Shown here piece by piece: positions 23,601-37,200 of a stretch of 64,000 nucleotides of DNA. The translations under genes were made by a program, and so were the position numbers. Origin of the DNA: Ramazzottius varieornatus (lineage: Eukaryota > Animalia > Tardigrada); assembly GCA_001949185.1 (NCBI GenBank), contig BDGG01000004.1, positions 955,620 to 1,019,619 of the forward strand. The letters run 5' to 3'. Position 1 is the first letter of the stretch; every line of letters starts with the position of its first letter. The notes beneath the pieces were generated by a model that worked only from the letters and a program-made list of their open reading frames with translations, was not told the DNA's origin and did no database searches.

Positions 23601-24664
23601 ACCCGCTGCACATTCGGTTTCTATCGAAAGAGTTTCACAGTGAAGAATACCCTTCGGAGAAGCACGTCATGCCGCTTGGGGAGAACATCCTGTACTTTGT
23701 CGTGATCAGAAACGCCTCACCGGTCAAGATCACGCTGGATACCGCAGAGCTTCGAATCAACTCTGAGGTAATGACTCCAAAAAACCTCTTTGTTGAAGCT
23801 GATGAGAAAAAAGTTCCCGAAAAATTTGCAGTTGAGACTCTTTTGATACTTTTCGTGCTGTCTTCTAAATTTGGAATCGTTTAAGGGACTGTCGATCTTC
23901 TATAGGTTATGACAGTTCCGATAAAGATTCCATCCTACATCAAAGGTCTGTCCCTTAGTGAGAACGAGGAGGCACAAGAGCTGATCGTTCTACGTCTCAA
24001 AGAGTCGACTTGTTCGCCCGGTTCCGCCGTGTCCATGGGACCTCTCGTACTGACGTGGAAGGTGGCAGACGTGGATACCGAACAACCTGATGCAGTTAGC
24101 CACATTCCTGTACCCGACCTGACCATCAAAGCTACTTCCACCCCTCTCAAGGTTCATCTGACCGTCCCACCCAAGGTCACCCAGTTCGAACCACTGAGCC
24201 TCTCTTACCGCATCGAAAACTGCTCGGACCAGCTGATGGACCTGTATATCGTCCTGTCCACCAACGACGAATACGTCTTACATGGTAAAAATGAATAAGG
24301 AAAATAATCAAAAAAGAGAAAAAATATTTCGTAGAAGACCTTAATTTTATGCGATCGTACTCTAAATGGAAGTTTTGTCCTAGGTGAGAAGGAACGTCGG
24401 GTGAAGGTCGGTCCGCGGATGGATGTGGTGGTACGTTGTGCCATCGTGCCCATCAACGTGGGGTACATGCGGCTACCAGAGTTCGAAATCCACAGTGATG
24501 GCGACTTGGACATCCGAGAATGGATTGAGACTCATCTGCCGAAAACAGTCTTCGTCATGCCGAAAGAAATACCCAGAGTAGTCGGCCCAGCTGTGATACC
24601 GCAACCGCCAGATAGCCAAGATGCTCAGTTTTCGGTACCGGATAGTGTAGTAGTGTCCTCATAG
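20656..24664 (+). CDS. TRAPPC11: Trafficking protein particle complex subunit 11 (foie gras/gryzun)
   Basis: P..FIALCGLD; GILKKNWIRKH..EVPALVVLF.DLEWD; VRHQFKIGYFNEFRQD; PLDAI.NFRKH; AYQHEAW; C-terminal LPKTVFVMP. Exons join in phase. Confidence 0.92.
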
Positions 24665-25607
24665 TTTCGTGTGGTTGATTCACCTGTGGTTCTGTGATGT
24701 GGTTTCTCTTTGCAGCTTGCCCTTCAAAACTCAGAAGCCTGAGCGAACGAAGCAAGCATGAACTTTACCCGGTGTAAAGCATTCCAAACTCTAGAGATCG
24801 TCTCTGGTAAACCCTTCGTTCCGGTTTTGAAGAAGTAATGTAAAATAAAGATACGAATGTATAATCTGTGTTACGACATATTTCCGTCAGAAGGTCCATA
24901 AACCGAAGACGCTCTGCCGTGTAATTATGCTTCTTCGTATTGTTCTTTCTAGTGAAGACCGCGGAGTTACCGAAGAGTGGTTCTTGAAGACACCGTTAGA
25001 AAAGTGGACGTTAAGTATCGACGCAGGAACATCAGAACCGCCCACGGTACAGGTATGTGGAGAACTGTTGTGGGTGAAGTTGCAGTTGATCTTTCAAAAT
25101 CTCAGCAAGATGTTTTCAAGCTCAGCTTGACCTGGATCGTGACTGAAGAGAGCGAGACACGATAATTGTGGGCGGCCAAGAAACTGATCTATAGTTTTTC
25201 GACGATTAAAGGCTTAGCTTCGGACTTCTTAGCGTTCTGGCAGAATCCGACGACGTTTAAGTCGGTTCGACCTATCACTTTCTCAGCGTTCAAGCCAGGC
25301 TTAGGCTTAAAGTTTTTGCGTTGTCGTCGATTTTCTTTTCTTGACAATTTAAATCTTCGCAGTGACGCTGATGAGGATGTAACTGTCAGGGCTTGATGAC
25401 TTGCCACCCCGACAGTCGGACTTTGCGGTCGATCGGTCAGTGTAGTTTTGGAAGACGTATTTGTTTTGTGTACAATACTTCGTAACATAGGCGTGATTGG
25501 AAGAATGACCAGCTGAGAGGTTCCCTGCTGATGTTATCATTGGCGTTGCAGGAGGCCGATGCGTCCTCACCACTCAACAAACAGCTCAGTTTCCATCTCC
25601 GTCACTA

Positions 25608-25692
25608 ATATCTTTCGTCGTGGCGAAGTTTTCTCTGTTATTGTTCGGACATGTGCGCCACTTGGTTGATCCCGATATTGTTTGCCGGCCTC
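25608..25692. repeat. Palindromic element, copy H (intergenic, degenerate, 24-nt spacer)
   Basis: GTCGTGGCGAAG (25617-25628), 24 nt, GTGCGCCACTTG...TGTTTGCCGG. Confidence 0.65.
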
Positions 25693-26601
25693 CGATTTGT
25701 TTTCCGGCGTACCAAAACTCAGACTTTTTCTAAACTTTTCCACAACGTGTAAAGCGTGGAGATATTTTAATTTGAACTTCTAACCCTTGGATGGTTTCTT
25801 AAAGGTTCAGTCGGTGGAAGAACGAGGAAGAAGAAGGGTCGTATAGCCGTATAGGTGTACGGGCTGAGCAGCAGGCGGTCAGATATCGCGTCGGTCGCTC
25901 ACCGCATCCCGGGGCACATGTGAAGGAAAGATGAGAAGCGATGTTGTCCTGCGTATTATCATTCCTTCATCATATAATATATCTTTCCTTCTGGTTCCAG
26001 GCAGGAGCTGGAGATGAGACGTGGGTGCTAAGAGGATCAAAGAGGACGACGTGCTGTCGCTTATAAGCTTCTAAATATGGCTGCATGCTTTTAGGCCATA
26101 TTATTAAATTGGCCTTTTGCCTGTGTATTGGCTGTTGGGCTTTCCCTTCCATCTCTGCTTAGCATCTGTGTGACCGATAAGGAACGGCATGGGCAGGAAA
26201 TATGATACCGGCGTTGAGGATATAGCGCGCAAGAAAAACACGGGCTGTAGTTTATGTTGCTTGTGGCTTGTCTGTTGTGCTGATAACTTGAGAAGCTGAT
26301 CAAGCGCGTCTATTAGGAAGACAAAACTAGCCCAAAAGATAGGACTGATACTGACCACATTGCCGCCAGGACAAGATTGATGACTGGCATGTAATCCGAC
26401 TTCTATGCCGGTAATTCCAGCCGGACCTGACTGCTCCAAGGACTTCAACGTCAGACAAAGAAAACCCAGAAGAAATCCCGAATTTTGAATGAGAGAAGAC
26501 GACAGGTATTATTTTAGGATCAGGAAAGAGAACCGGTGGAAAACGACCTCGTTTTTCCAGATAGTTAAGTGATGCCCAAAGATGCAGGAAATGGCCAAAT
26601 T

Positions 26602-26671
26602 CAGGTGGCGTGCGTTTCTATTGTTATTGTCCGAAAGTGTGCGCCACTTGTGGGAACGATCTGGGGCCCAC
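26602..26671. repeat. Palindromic N25 element, copy I (intergenic)
   Basis: CAGGTGGCGTGC, 25 nt, GTGCGCCACTTG (26639-26650)...AACGATCTGG. Confidence 0.8.
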
Positions 26672-28244
26672 CATTTGCCCACTTCCCAATTATTAATTAT
26701 GATGTGATACGGCGGTGATTACTCTGTACAGTGCTATTATGGCTAGGCTAGGAAAATATTGGCTCTTTTTTGTTTGAAGGAAGAAAGTGCCGTCAAAACA
26801 ACGATAACAGCCTTGGCTCACTTTCGCGTCGTTCTTTGTCTGAGAGGAAAAATTGGTCTTGGTTGTGATGATCGCGGCGAAATGCGCATTCTTCGGGTCA
26901 GGCCGAAGAAAAAAGCGTGTTTTGTACTAACCGGTCGATCTGTTGATGATTGTGCTTTTCTCTCCTTGGTGCCAACCGTTTGGTTGCGCTGAGGTTTATC
27001 TGCGATTGTCTCCTTGAGGTTTGATCGTATGTTTGCTTAGCGAATGAAAAGAATAGCGGCCATTCAGTTCTTTGAAAGATATGAAGAATAGAAGAATGGA
27101 GGTGCTCAGCACAAATGTCAACAGATAAATGTCTTGGGACTGTCCACGAGCAAGCGGATTATGACCGGCATTCTCAGGATGATATGAGTGCTTATCACTT
27201 GGTCAGTTTCTTTGGACGGTAAAGCGAGCCGAGCAGCGCAGGTTTAGCAGGGATGATCGAAGGCTCTTCAGGCTGGAATGGATTTCGGCAGGGTTGCTTG
27301 CGCCCATGAAGGCAGTTCTTTAAACTGGACGAACATTCTTCATGATAGGGAGGAAACCGTTAGCCAGGGGACGCATGGCTTGTGTTACAGTAAAGAAATG
27401 GGTAATCGACGCTGACATGTTGCTATTCTCGATGGAAACCAGACGCCCGAGCTTCGCTTGCAATCACCGTCAATCAAAGAGCGCTCTTCGCTCCACAAAT
27501 TTCGAACTCGTCAAAAATTATCAGACACTGCTTTTCCTGTCAGGGCCTTTGAGTCGTTGACGTCATCTTGAGGTCACGGAAAAGATCAAAACATCCTGCA
27601 TTCAAACTAGAAATGTTTAATTTCGGTCTTATTTATAATTATTGCATACGGAAGTCGAAATTATGAATTGGAAAAATTCTATTTTAAAAATTTTGTGCAT
27701 GGAATATTCTGATTTTTACTACTTTTGAGTTGATTCTACAGGAAGAAAAGAAGGGCGTGGTTCGCATGGGAAAACTCGCAGCCTGAAACGGAGGGAAATC
27801 GTATGGGCCAATAGCGATGCAGGAAGAGGATACGCCTTTGGAGAAGCGACGCCTCTTGCACGAGCTCACCTATTGTACGCCGGCAGTAGATGCTCGCATC
27901 TTGGAGGTCTATGGCAGGTTTACTCAGTCAGTCCATCAGAACTCCATAAAACAGCTAGTCTTGTCGAGAGTTTACGACTACGGCGATCGCTGTTGTAGTT
28001 ATTACCGGCAATAAAGTTGGATAAACGTTTGATTTTATTTGGGCCTGACTGCCGTGCCGAACACGAACGCGTTCAACAGTTGGTCGATCGACTAAACCCG
28101 ACGACCATTTTCTCATGCGTTTTTATTATCCTCGCTGATTCAAATCGATCAGTTTCTCCTCCGTAGACTCGACGAACCAAGTCAAGAACCCAGCGAACCT
28201 TAGTGACCAAGAATTTCTACCTTACATGGAATAACGAAAGAAAC

Positions 28245-31200
28245 ATGGCAAGAAGAAAGTCCGCCGCGATGCTGTTCGGTTACGCCTGTCTTCTCTGGAT
28301 GCTGGTGCAAGCGCCGGAAGGAGGATGCCTGGAAGAGGAACAAGAAGGTAAGAGCTGCTCTAGGGATGCTCTAAATATTGTATGACACAATGTGCGCAGT
28401 AGGAGGAAGGTGATTAAATTAGAAGAGAGCTGAGCTAGCATGACAGGGAATTATGTTGTGTAATGGCTAGTACCGGGGCTTATGGTGCTCGCACGTGCCG
28501 TCATTCCGTCATCGGTGTTCATCCCCAAAGACAGCCACCGGAAGGCCTGAAGAGCCATACAAACCCGGGATGAATATGTGTAATTGTAGCCTCTTTCTTC
28601 CCATTTGGCGAAAGAGTATTCAAAAAGGATGTCACGCCGCTACTATGCTCTCTTTCCATCCAGAGAAATTAATGCGCATGGCAGGACAAGACCCAATTTC
28701 CGTCTCTGGCCTTTTGACATAACACCATAATTACTCGTGTGTTTGGGAAAATATGCATAATAAATCATGCGGTTGGCGTCAGGAAAAAAAATATTGATAA
28801 GAAAGAGCCAATGTTTCTTTATGAATCGAAAGAGCACGTCCTGTCCCATGTGTGTATAAGCAGGCTTTGCAAACAAATATACACAATCGTGGCAGTGTTG
28901 TTCTACGTTAATGCCGTTGTGAACGGATAGTGTGGTGTTGAGGCATTGAAGACAGTGTTTGGTTGATAGCTACAGGCTCAAGTGCTCCTGTCAGGGTCAT
29001 TCATCACGCCGAGAGTTGAGTTGATTTTGCAACCAACGTATCATGTAGGAAATATGTCAGGTGATATATCGATGTATAAATACCTGTTCTCATTCATCAT
29101 TTCCTTGTCTTTCAATATATCCATCGCAACATCTCTGTAGGATTTTTGACAAATTGAATTACCGATCAAAATGGTCGAATAGTCAAAGGATTGATACGTT
29201 TAAATAGAAATCGAGGTCCGGTGTGGTAGACGGCCATAAGGGTCCGGTAGGTTTTCTGTTTATGCGTGCCACATACCAGACCAGAGATCCATGGTGATTG
29301 TATTGAAGTGTGGATTGAGCAATATTATTCGCTCTAGATATCGAGTATGGATTGTACGCGATATGTATTGTAGATGCGTACTATTAGATATGAGCGGAGG
29401 AGGTATATCCGATAGTTCGTGAAGCATTTACCGGCCTCGTTCGGTCACTGGAGTCAAGTAGGCTAACTTGAATCAAACTGGGTAGGTTCCTTGCGATATT
29501 GTGGCTTGTTGAGAAAGGTAGCCTAGAGCTGAAGATTGTCGTCAAGTATAACTGGCTACCATGATAGCCTGACCGCGACTGTCCCGCCACTGTAAGGCTG
29601 AAAAGGAGATCAATTCACTTAAATGATTTAGTCGAGCGCCGGCGCAACAAAGCAAGCAAAGTCAAGATGCCTTTTGTCCACAGCACAAATACTTGCGCGA
29701 GTTAAGTTGGTTGGCTAGCTATACCTCCTCAGATTCACGTTTGCGTGGGCGACTTAGAATGCAGCTCATCCGCCCTTCTCCACGCTTGGTTTCACCTCCG
29801 TATGACCAAAGCGACGCGAGCTGGCATATTTTACAAACTCCGTAACCCCCACCGTTTCTTTCACATGACAGTGTTGAACTCAAATGTAGACTCAACTTAT
29901 TATGCATGGCGCCACATAATGATTCACGTATTTAGGAATTTCCTGCTCAATATTCAGTTCAGGCGGCAAAACTCCGGCAAGAATTATTTCAATATTAACG
30001 TTGAATTCTTACAAAAACGGATATGTTACCTAAACTAGACGGCTAAAAGTTCCCTCGGTAGACAAAGAGGTAATTTCACGTATCGATGGTTATGCTGTGT
30101 TACAGTCAAGACGATGCATTGTTCGGGCAGCGCGATGTTCACGTTTGGGTCTAGCCCAAGGTGGAAGCGCATTATATTTATGGTGTCAGCAGGAAAGGCT
30201 ATAATTAGCGGTGCTGGTTGTGCTGTGCCATCATCTGTGTGGAGCGGAAGTTGTGGGCTGTAGTCGGAAATAAAACGGAGGGGAACCTCGGAGCTGTAAT
30301 ATAAGAGCAGGCAGGGAAGGTGAGGCCGTAGATATGTGACCTACCTGCTGCATTATTTACTGCTTCAATAAAGCCTGTCAGTTTGGCTTTGCTTCAGGTA
30401 GATCAAGCCCGGTAGTCTCTGTCTTATCTGTCGAGGCATCGCTGGCCTTCTCTCTTGATGCGAAGATGACCACTGGTCACTTTGGTTCGGCTTTCACAGG
30501 TGTACTTTGTGCGCGAGGCAAATCTGACAAGAGCGCTTTTCCGTGAGCTCGAGCGCCCATCCCGACAATTATCGTCTTTAAAAGTAAAGGCAACGCTCGC
30601 AGGGCTGCATTTATCAGCCGGTTTTCTTCCTCGCATCTTTAAGCAGATGATTGCTCGAGCGGCCTAAGCCGTGACTTCTTATCTGCACGCTTCCCCTCCC
30701 CTCCCATCCATCTCTTTCACTCATCTCCACCCATGATCCATCGAAACCAGACACTGGTCTTGCTAAAATTTCGTTTCATAAATACAGAACTTGCGGTCCG
30801 CTAGACTCGTGCCCAGCGTCCTGAAGTTTAAGTTCTAAAAATGCCGAACAGGTTGAGGCTGTTCGGGCAGAAGACCTCCAAAGGTTGGCCGTGCAGGAAG
30901 AGACTGGGTTCTTCGCGTACCAGCTTTTCTAACAGAAATTCTGAGTTCTTCTGAGGTTTGGGGGATGCTTTGTGAGGTGTCTGGTCGGAGTACGATTGCA
31001 AGAAAGCATCTGAGGACAGTGCGGATTGTTCTGAGTTTAATGGCTATTTGATTGCGCGATGTCGATCAGACCATCAAACAAAGAAATCGCTAAATCTAAA
31101 GACCATCAACATCGAATAAAATCAACATTGTCTAAGGGCTTTGTGTCTGTCTTACTCTGTTGGTCTCACGGAGAGCCACGTGGGGATATGTTTAGTCAAG

Positions 31201-34200
31201 ACAGTTGAAGTAAAAGAGATCTGGCATTTTCTTTCAAGAAAAACCGGTTGATGATGGAGTCGTCAAAATATGGCGTTCTTGCCGATCGTACTGCATATTT
31301 GCTCGTACACCTCGCGACATGGTTTTTGCATTATGGCGTGGTGTAGCTGAGATGATGGATAGCTTTGCATTACAGCTGACCAGTTTTGTGACCAGAGCTT
31401 GTTGGACCTCGGCTTTCCGGTCGAATTCCCTCGAAAAATAATGTTGATATGGCTTATACACGACGATACGGACAGCATGAGTAAACTCGCCATTGCAGGG
31501 TACAGACGAAGTTAAACCTTGGATTTCCAAGACGGAGGTGGTTTTGGAGTGGCTTGTGGTCAGTGGTGACAGCTAATCTTCTAAACATACGGAAACATCT
31601 CTTAGCCATATCGCTATCCATTTTGATTTCTAATATTTGTTCGCCCCCACGAATATTGCCGATTTCTTTATGCTCACCTGTCACTCTCACAAGGAAATGT
31701 GCACGTCGCCGTGAAGTTCTGTTCCAAACGTTTCAGTTTTAGACTCGATGAGGTTAGATTATTAGTTTCGAGGGAAGAGCTTTTTTGCGGCAGGAAGATC
31801 GAATTTTATTGAGTTGTTATGTTCTCATCACATATCCGCCCATTCCCTTTGGGCGGCATACCGTACCAGAATGGCACGACGTCAGACCGGTCAGGCGCCA
31901 TGCAAGATTCTCTGTTTTATAACCTTAAATATTGAATGTGACGCTTGGAGACTAGCGTAGTGCATATGGCTTTCAAAAATGATGAACGTAATTATAGAGG
32001 GGGACATTTTTGGGCATGTTGGGCGGCATGCCAAGCCAAGCCCAAATTATGATGAGCATTCTTTCCGATCTTTTAAGTGGAATGATAACTGTCAGCACGC
32101 CATCCACACTTTTCCCTACAATGGCAAGTCAACGCAATGTACAAACAAACATCGAGTAATTTTCAAAAAACTTCACACTGTGTCATTGTTACCGTTTTTT
32201 GTATTCTGTGGATTTTTTCAAACTCGCGTAGATATGGCAGTCCACCGGTACCGTGTTGGCAGATATGATCCTGACATGTGGTTCTCGAGTTTTTTCTTGA
32301 CATGTTGTCCTTACAGTCAGTGCCATGACAATTCATGTCACAGCTGGTGTGAAGGAAAAGCCAAAAAGCGTCCAAGTGTGTCAGCAGATCGTTGATGACG
32401 GCACGAACCAGCATGAAAAAACCGTAATGACCGCAGTGTTTCTCCGGCACGCTCTCCCCAGTCCATACCTAATTTAATATTTTCGAGAACCGAAGATGAT
32501 CTTTAGGACGTTGAAGCGCCTGCAATGTCTGTCAACGCCTGATATCTCGTTGGATCTCGTATATTTTTGCAGACGTTGGTAATTGACCATTAACAGGACA
32601 ATATGCTTGTTAGCACACAAGTAGAGGCCAATCAAGTAGCCAAATATTGTCCGGGATATATTTTCACACACCTCATTAACCTCTAACCGCGGCTATTGTC
32701 TTCGCTAGTAGACGCCATCGTAAAAAAGTCAACAATGTCGGTTCATGATATGAGAGGAAATACTTCATTGCTCCGACTTTCTGATTGTAGTCCGTGGAAA
32801 TAGCCCAGAAAATTCAAAATTAATTTAGATGAAAAGTTTTCTAAAAGTAATTTTAGGAGTCCGTGAGTGGGCTTCGATGTCCTCGGTAAAATGGTGGGAG
32901 ACCAATGGACGATTAATTTGCCTTGACCAAGCATATTGCCCTGTGTGTTGCTCAATGTCTTTGTGTGATGATGCGAGATCCATCAGCTCCTCGCATAAAG
33001 GCCCTCTCACCAGTTTAAACCGAATAATCGGCCAGAACAGGCGTGCAACCATAGCTGCCGACTTTAAATGCCGGAAGGTTCTGGGAGGATGCACAGGCAA
33101 ATTACCTTGTTGACTGCTATAGAACATTATTATGTGGTGTGTTGAATAGCGAATAACGCTTACATGTCTGCGCAGTATATTCGATTAAGTACAGTAGATG
33201 GCGTCATCTCGTATACATACGCAAAGGCGCATGCTAATATAGAAAATAAACATTTATGCGATTGTTTAGCTTATATTATCGGACATTTGTTGAGACAATG
33301 TCTGGCTCTCACGCCACAAAAGGGTTTTCCTTGCATTATACGACGGACAATTGGAGGTCAGCTTCGCCGTTTGAGCACTTTGCCGGGGCTTCGCACAGAC
33401 AGGCGATAATGCAAATTTCTCCTGAACTAATTTTAAATGCCAAGTGGATGCAGCTGCATGTATACGGATGAGAGCTAATCTTCCTTCCAGAGTATGTAGA
33501 AAGGATGAGCAGTTCTGGTCAATATGAAACATATCAGCAAAGTAAATCCACGCACTTTACGATCCTGCATTCAGCGGACCACTGAAACTTTATCGGTCTT
33601 CTGTATGCAGGTGGGTGACGGCCTCGCGTTGAATCGTCCGCAGCGTTGGCTCGTCTTTTCAAGTGGCGCATTCTAAGACAGACAGATTGCCGTTGTGAAG
33701 GTTAACTTGTGGTTACGTGCAAAGACAGCTGCAGCATTTTAAAGACGCCTTTTTGCATATCTGTCAGACAGTAGCGGACTTTACGAGGATAAAGTGGCCC
33801 ATATGAATGTCGAGTGCAGCTGACCACTGTCCATCTGTTTGTTTTAGCTGACAAACCAAAGCACCCCATCGTTAAGTAGACTCTCACCACGCAGATTGAT
33901 ACTGTTGTTGCTCATTTATCATAAAGTACAGATGCGGAAACACGCCCAGTTACGATAATAGATAAAAATTATACATTCGAAGGCCGACTATATTAACGAG
34001 CTTGTCGTATGTCATTTTCGCAGGTATACAAATATTATGTTATCTGCCCGATTCTCTCCAGTATAATTATGAAGATGAACGGAGGCTAGCGTATGCTTAC
34101 TGCCAATTAGCCGTTATGTCCTTGAATGTGGATGAAGATATGCTATATTCATGCTGACGTGGCTGCTCTCAGTGATTAGCTAAACCTTTGCGTGATGGGT

Positions 34201-37200
34201 TCACGTCGGAGGAAGCTCGAAATGGACGCTGGCCATCTGCTGGGTCCAGTTAGTCACGCAAGCCCCTTCACATGCTGTATGCAGAAAACTGGTTAGCTGT
34301 ATATACAGTAGCCTTTTCCAGGTATGAAAGGGCCAGGCTTGATCTTTTGGCACGTCAATTATTTCAAGTTTCTCCCGTTCGATTATTCTGTGGACAAGAT
34401 AATGATGGGAAACATGCTTAATTCATCCATGGTTGGTTTCTTCCAAGCCTTCGGTTGGACTATTTAGGTAGATGGTAACAGAAAATAGCGGCAGGGACTG
34501 TTTTGCCGGCGGTGGTCAAGATGGAACTGTATGTGCGGCTAGAGTGGTTTCTTATCAGTGAAAGTCTATCTCGATGTCGAAGAAGACATTAAGTGCCTAA
34601 TGTGGAATTGGCCATCTTGTCTTGGGGTATGTTTCGGCCATCTTGGAATTGCCGAAGCCGTAAAGGAGGTCTGCGTTATGTCTGATGGATCTGGACGTGC
34701 AATCTTGATGGAGGATGAATTTGCGGCTCAGTCTTGTCCAAGTCTGGCTTTGCCTTTGACGGGAAGCCACAAGTTATGATAAATAATTACAGATAGAGTA
34801 TGGCAAAGGCGCATTAGCCACTTGTTGGTTTATCTGAAGATTAGGCGGCGGTTTGGGAAATACAGAGGAGATGCAGCAATGGAGAAATGGATGGATGAAG
34901 CGGACTTGACAGCTAAACTTCATAGAGCGTAGAGATATGGCCGGAAGCTGCGCTTATTTGCAGCCAGGCTTGCATGGCCGGAATAAGGCATCCACTCGTT
35001 CTTCTTCCCCACCTCGCTATCATTCTTTCTCATCGATTTGAATTCAATCTCGAGATGGCCCATGTTTAAGAAGCATTCGCCACAGTGTTTTCTCCGCGGT
35101 TGAACTTTGAACAGTTCGCGCACATGGCGAAATTTGTTACCCATTCAAACTCGCGTACCTTCTTTAGCCACAGTGCTTCCCCGTTAAGATCGTGCAATTT
35201 CACAGTCCGCATTTTACGATGTTTAAGGCAAAATCAACTTTGAATCTTGGCGAACAGAAACCTGCTAAGAAAGAGGTTGAAGGGACAAAACCGGAAAGTT
35301 TGGCAAACGTGGGGTGACAGAGCGCCACCTTTCGCGGAACTTCTGCTGTGTGGGGAGAGAACCTGTTGCGCCGCTAGCAGGGAGGTCTTTCCATCTGGAA
35401 ATTTCGCCCTGTACCTTGTTCGATGGCGGACGAGCTCAACGTCACTTTGTTAACAGGCGACTGGGAAATTTATGTAGCGACAAGACTGTTGACGTCCAGA
35501 AGGGATGAAATGGTGGGGATAATGAGCAGCCAAATGACCAATAATTGGTTAAAAGTATCACCACAAGCTCAGCGCCAGACAATAGCGTTAGGACGGCTAA
35601 TTTACTTACAAGTCAACCTGGCGTCACTTGGTCGACGCTATCTCTCCCTTTTCTCTACACTTGTTTTTATTTAATCCCTGTTGAGTCTCGACCAAGGTTC
35701 GAAGAAGGCACAGACGAGATATCGGCCCGTTCAATCTGGTACAGACATGTTGAGAGATAGAAGACAGGAGAGCAAGTTATCCTCGCCAGACCTACCGTTA
35801 ATCTTGACCACACCGGTTGCTTCCGCGCTTCCTTTTGATCTGTCAGGCGGAACGAATATACGAGGGTCACTGTCATACACAAGCATATCAACTGACATCG
35901 TAAAGCAATAAGGCCTGTCCATGAGAATATATTTTTATTGTTGAGTGTTGTGTTGATGAGATTGTGTCGTGTAGGAGCATTGATTGTTATGTCATAAGAG
36001 GACTTGTTCAGCCTTGAAGAGAGTTCAACAAGATGGAAAATTACGATGGGGCCATTAGACATGATGTAGTGCAATAATATCTGGATGATTCAGCTGTGTC
36101 CACTACAGCCTGTTGTCCTCCCGTCAAGTATTTACATGCTAGGCAAGAGAAAGAAGGATATGTCGTCATCCGCATCAACTATAATCGGCCATTTAATGAG
36201 ATATTATTCAGTGAGTTAATTTGGCGGGATGGAGAAGGATTCGGGCGAGCAGTGTATTTAGTTCACTTGAGGATAATCGCTCCTTAATGAAGCTCTTGTA
36301 TACTTGTTCGCCTTTTGTTCCTAGATCATATACTCCCTTTGGACCATTCGGTTCCCATGTGTATGCCCCAGATGACCACGCCCTTCTTCCGATTTGTGCA
36401 CTTCGCGTCTATACCAGGCTTCACTTCATGCAGACATGTCCCGACATGAACGACTGTAGCGTCAAGACGCCAGTTTGAACAGTGGAAGATATAGACTTGA
36501 ACGAGGAAGAAGAAGCCAAGTTAGCTTTCGATCATAATTATTTGTTATGCTTTGGCCTTTTCGCGCTCCGCCAAGCCGTCACGGACTGTGGAATATAAAG
36601 CAGCGAGTCACTACTGCAGTGTCTTATATTATCTCGATTCTTCAACTGTGAGCATTCTTCACGACATTTCCGCCTTGCATTACCCATGCAACCCTCCCCT
36701 TTTGCATATGAATATCTCATCCACCCAACCTACTTTCTCAAGTGCACTTTCCCGGATATTTCGAGCGTACCGTGGACTATTTGTGATCATCCGATAAGAA
36801 TGCCCAATGGGTCGCTAACTTTCATGTTGTGAATTTGACTCTGGATTGATCCTTTTTACAATGTTGGGATATTTGGTGATAGCTGAAATACTCACGATAG
36901 GTAATGTGATATGTATGAAAATATCGCTTAATCGGAGAACAGGTTTCAACGGTGTTGGTTCTACAAAAGATTGATAGCGCTGTGTGTCTACACAGGTTAT
37001 TGTATGGGACTTGATAAGACGGGAAAATGTTGTTCATTCTCTGTGATTGACGTTCATAATGTGCTGTGGTCAGTTTGACATGTGTTTATCTAACTTCATA
37101 AGACGCATTGAAGCATACGGCAAATCGTCTGGACATATTTTGACAAATGTTTCGTTCTGTTCTGTTCAGGCGGGGGATACCTGTTGGACCCGATACCCAG

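Noticed and set aside
24880-25596. Basic ORF 25189-25488 (-) and neighbouring fragments
   Set aside because: Interrupted by stops, with no homology I can recognise and no consistent splice model. It may be a decayed gene but I cannot support that.
33660-33672. CAAGTGGCGCAT half-site (also partial matches near 4403-4486, 46513 and 58728)
   Set aside because: No inverted partner at 24-25 nt, so not counted as full copies.
25700-37100. Dozens of 60-140 aa ORFs upstream of and within UNC5 intron 1
   Set aside because: Random-looking composition, many non-ATG starts and no domains; consistent with chance ORFs.
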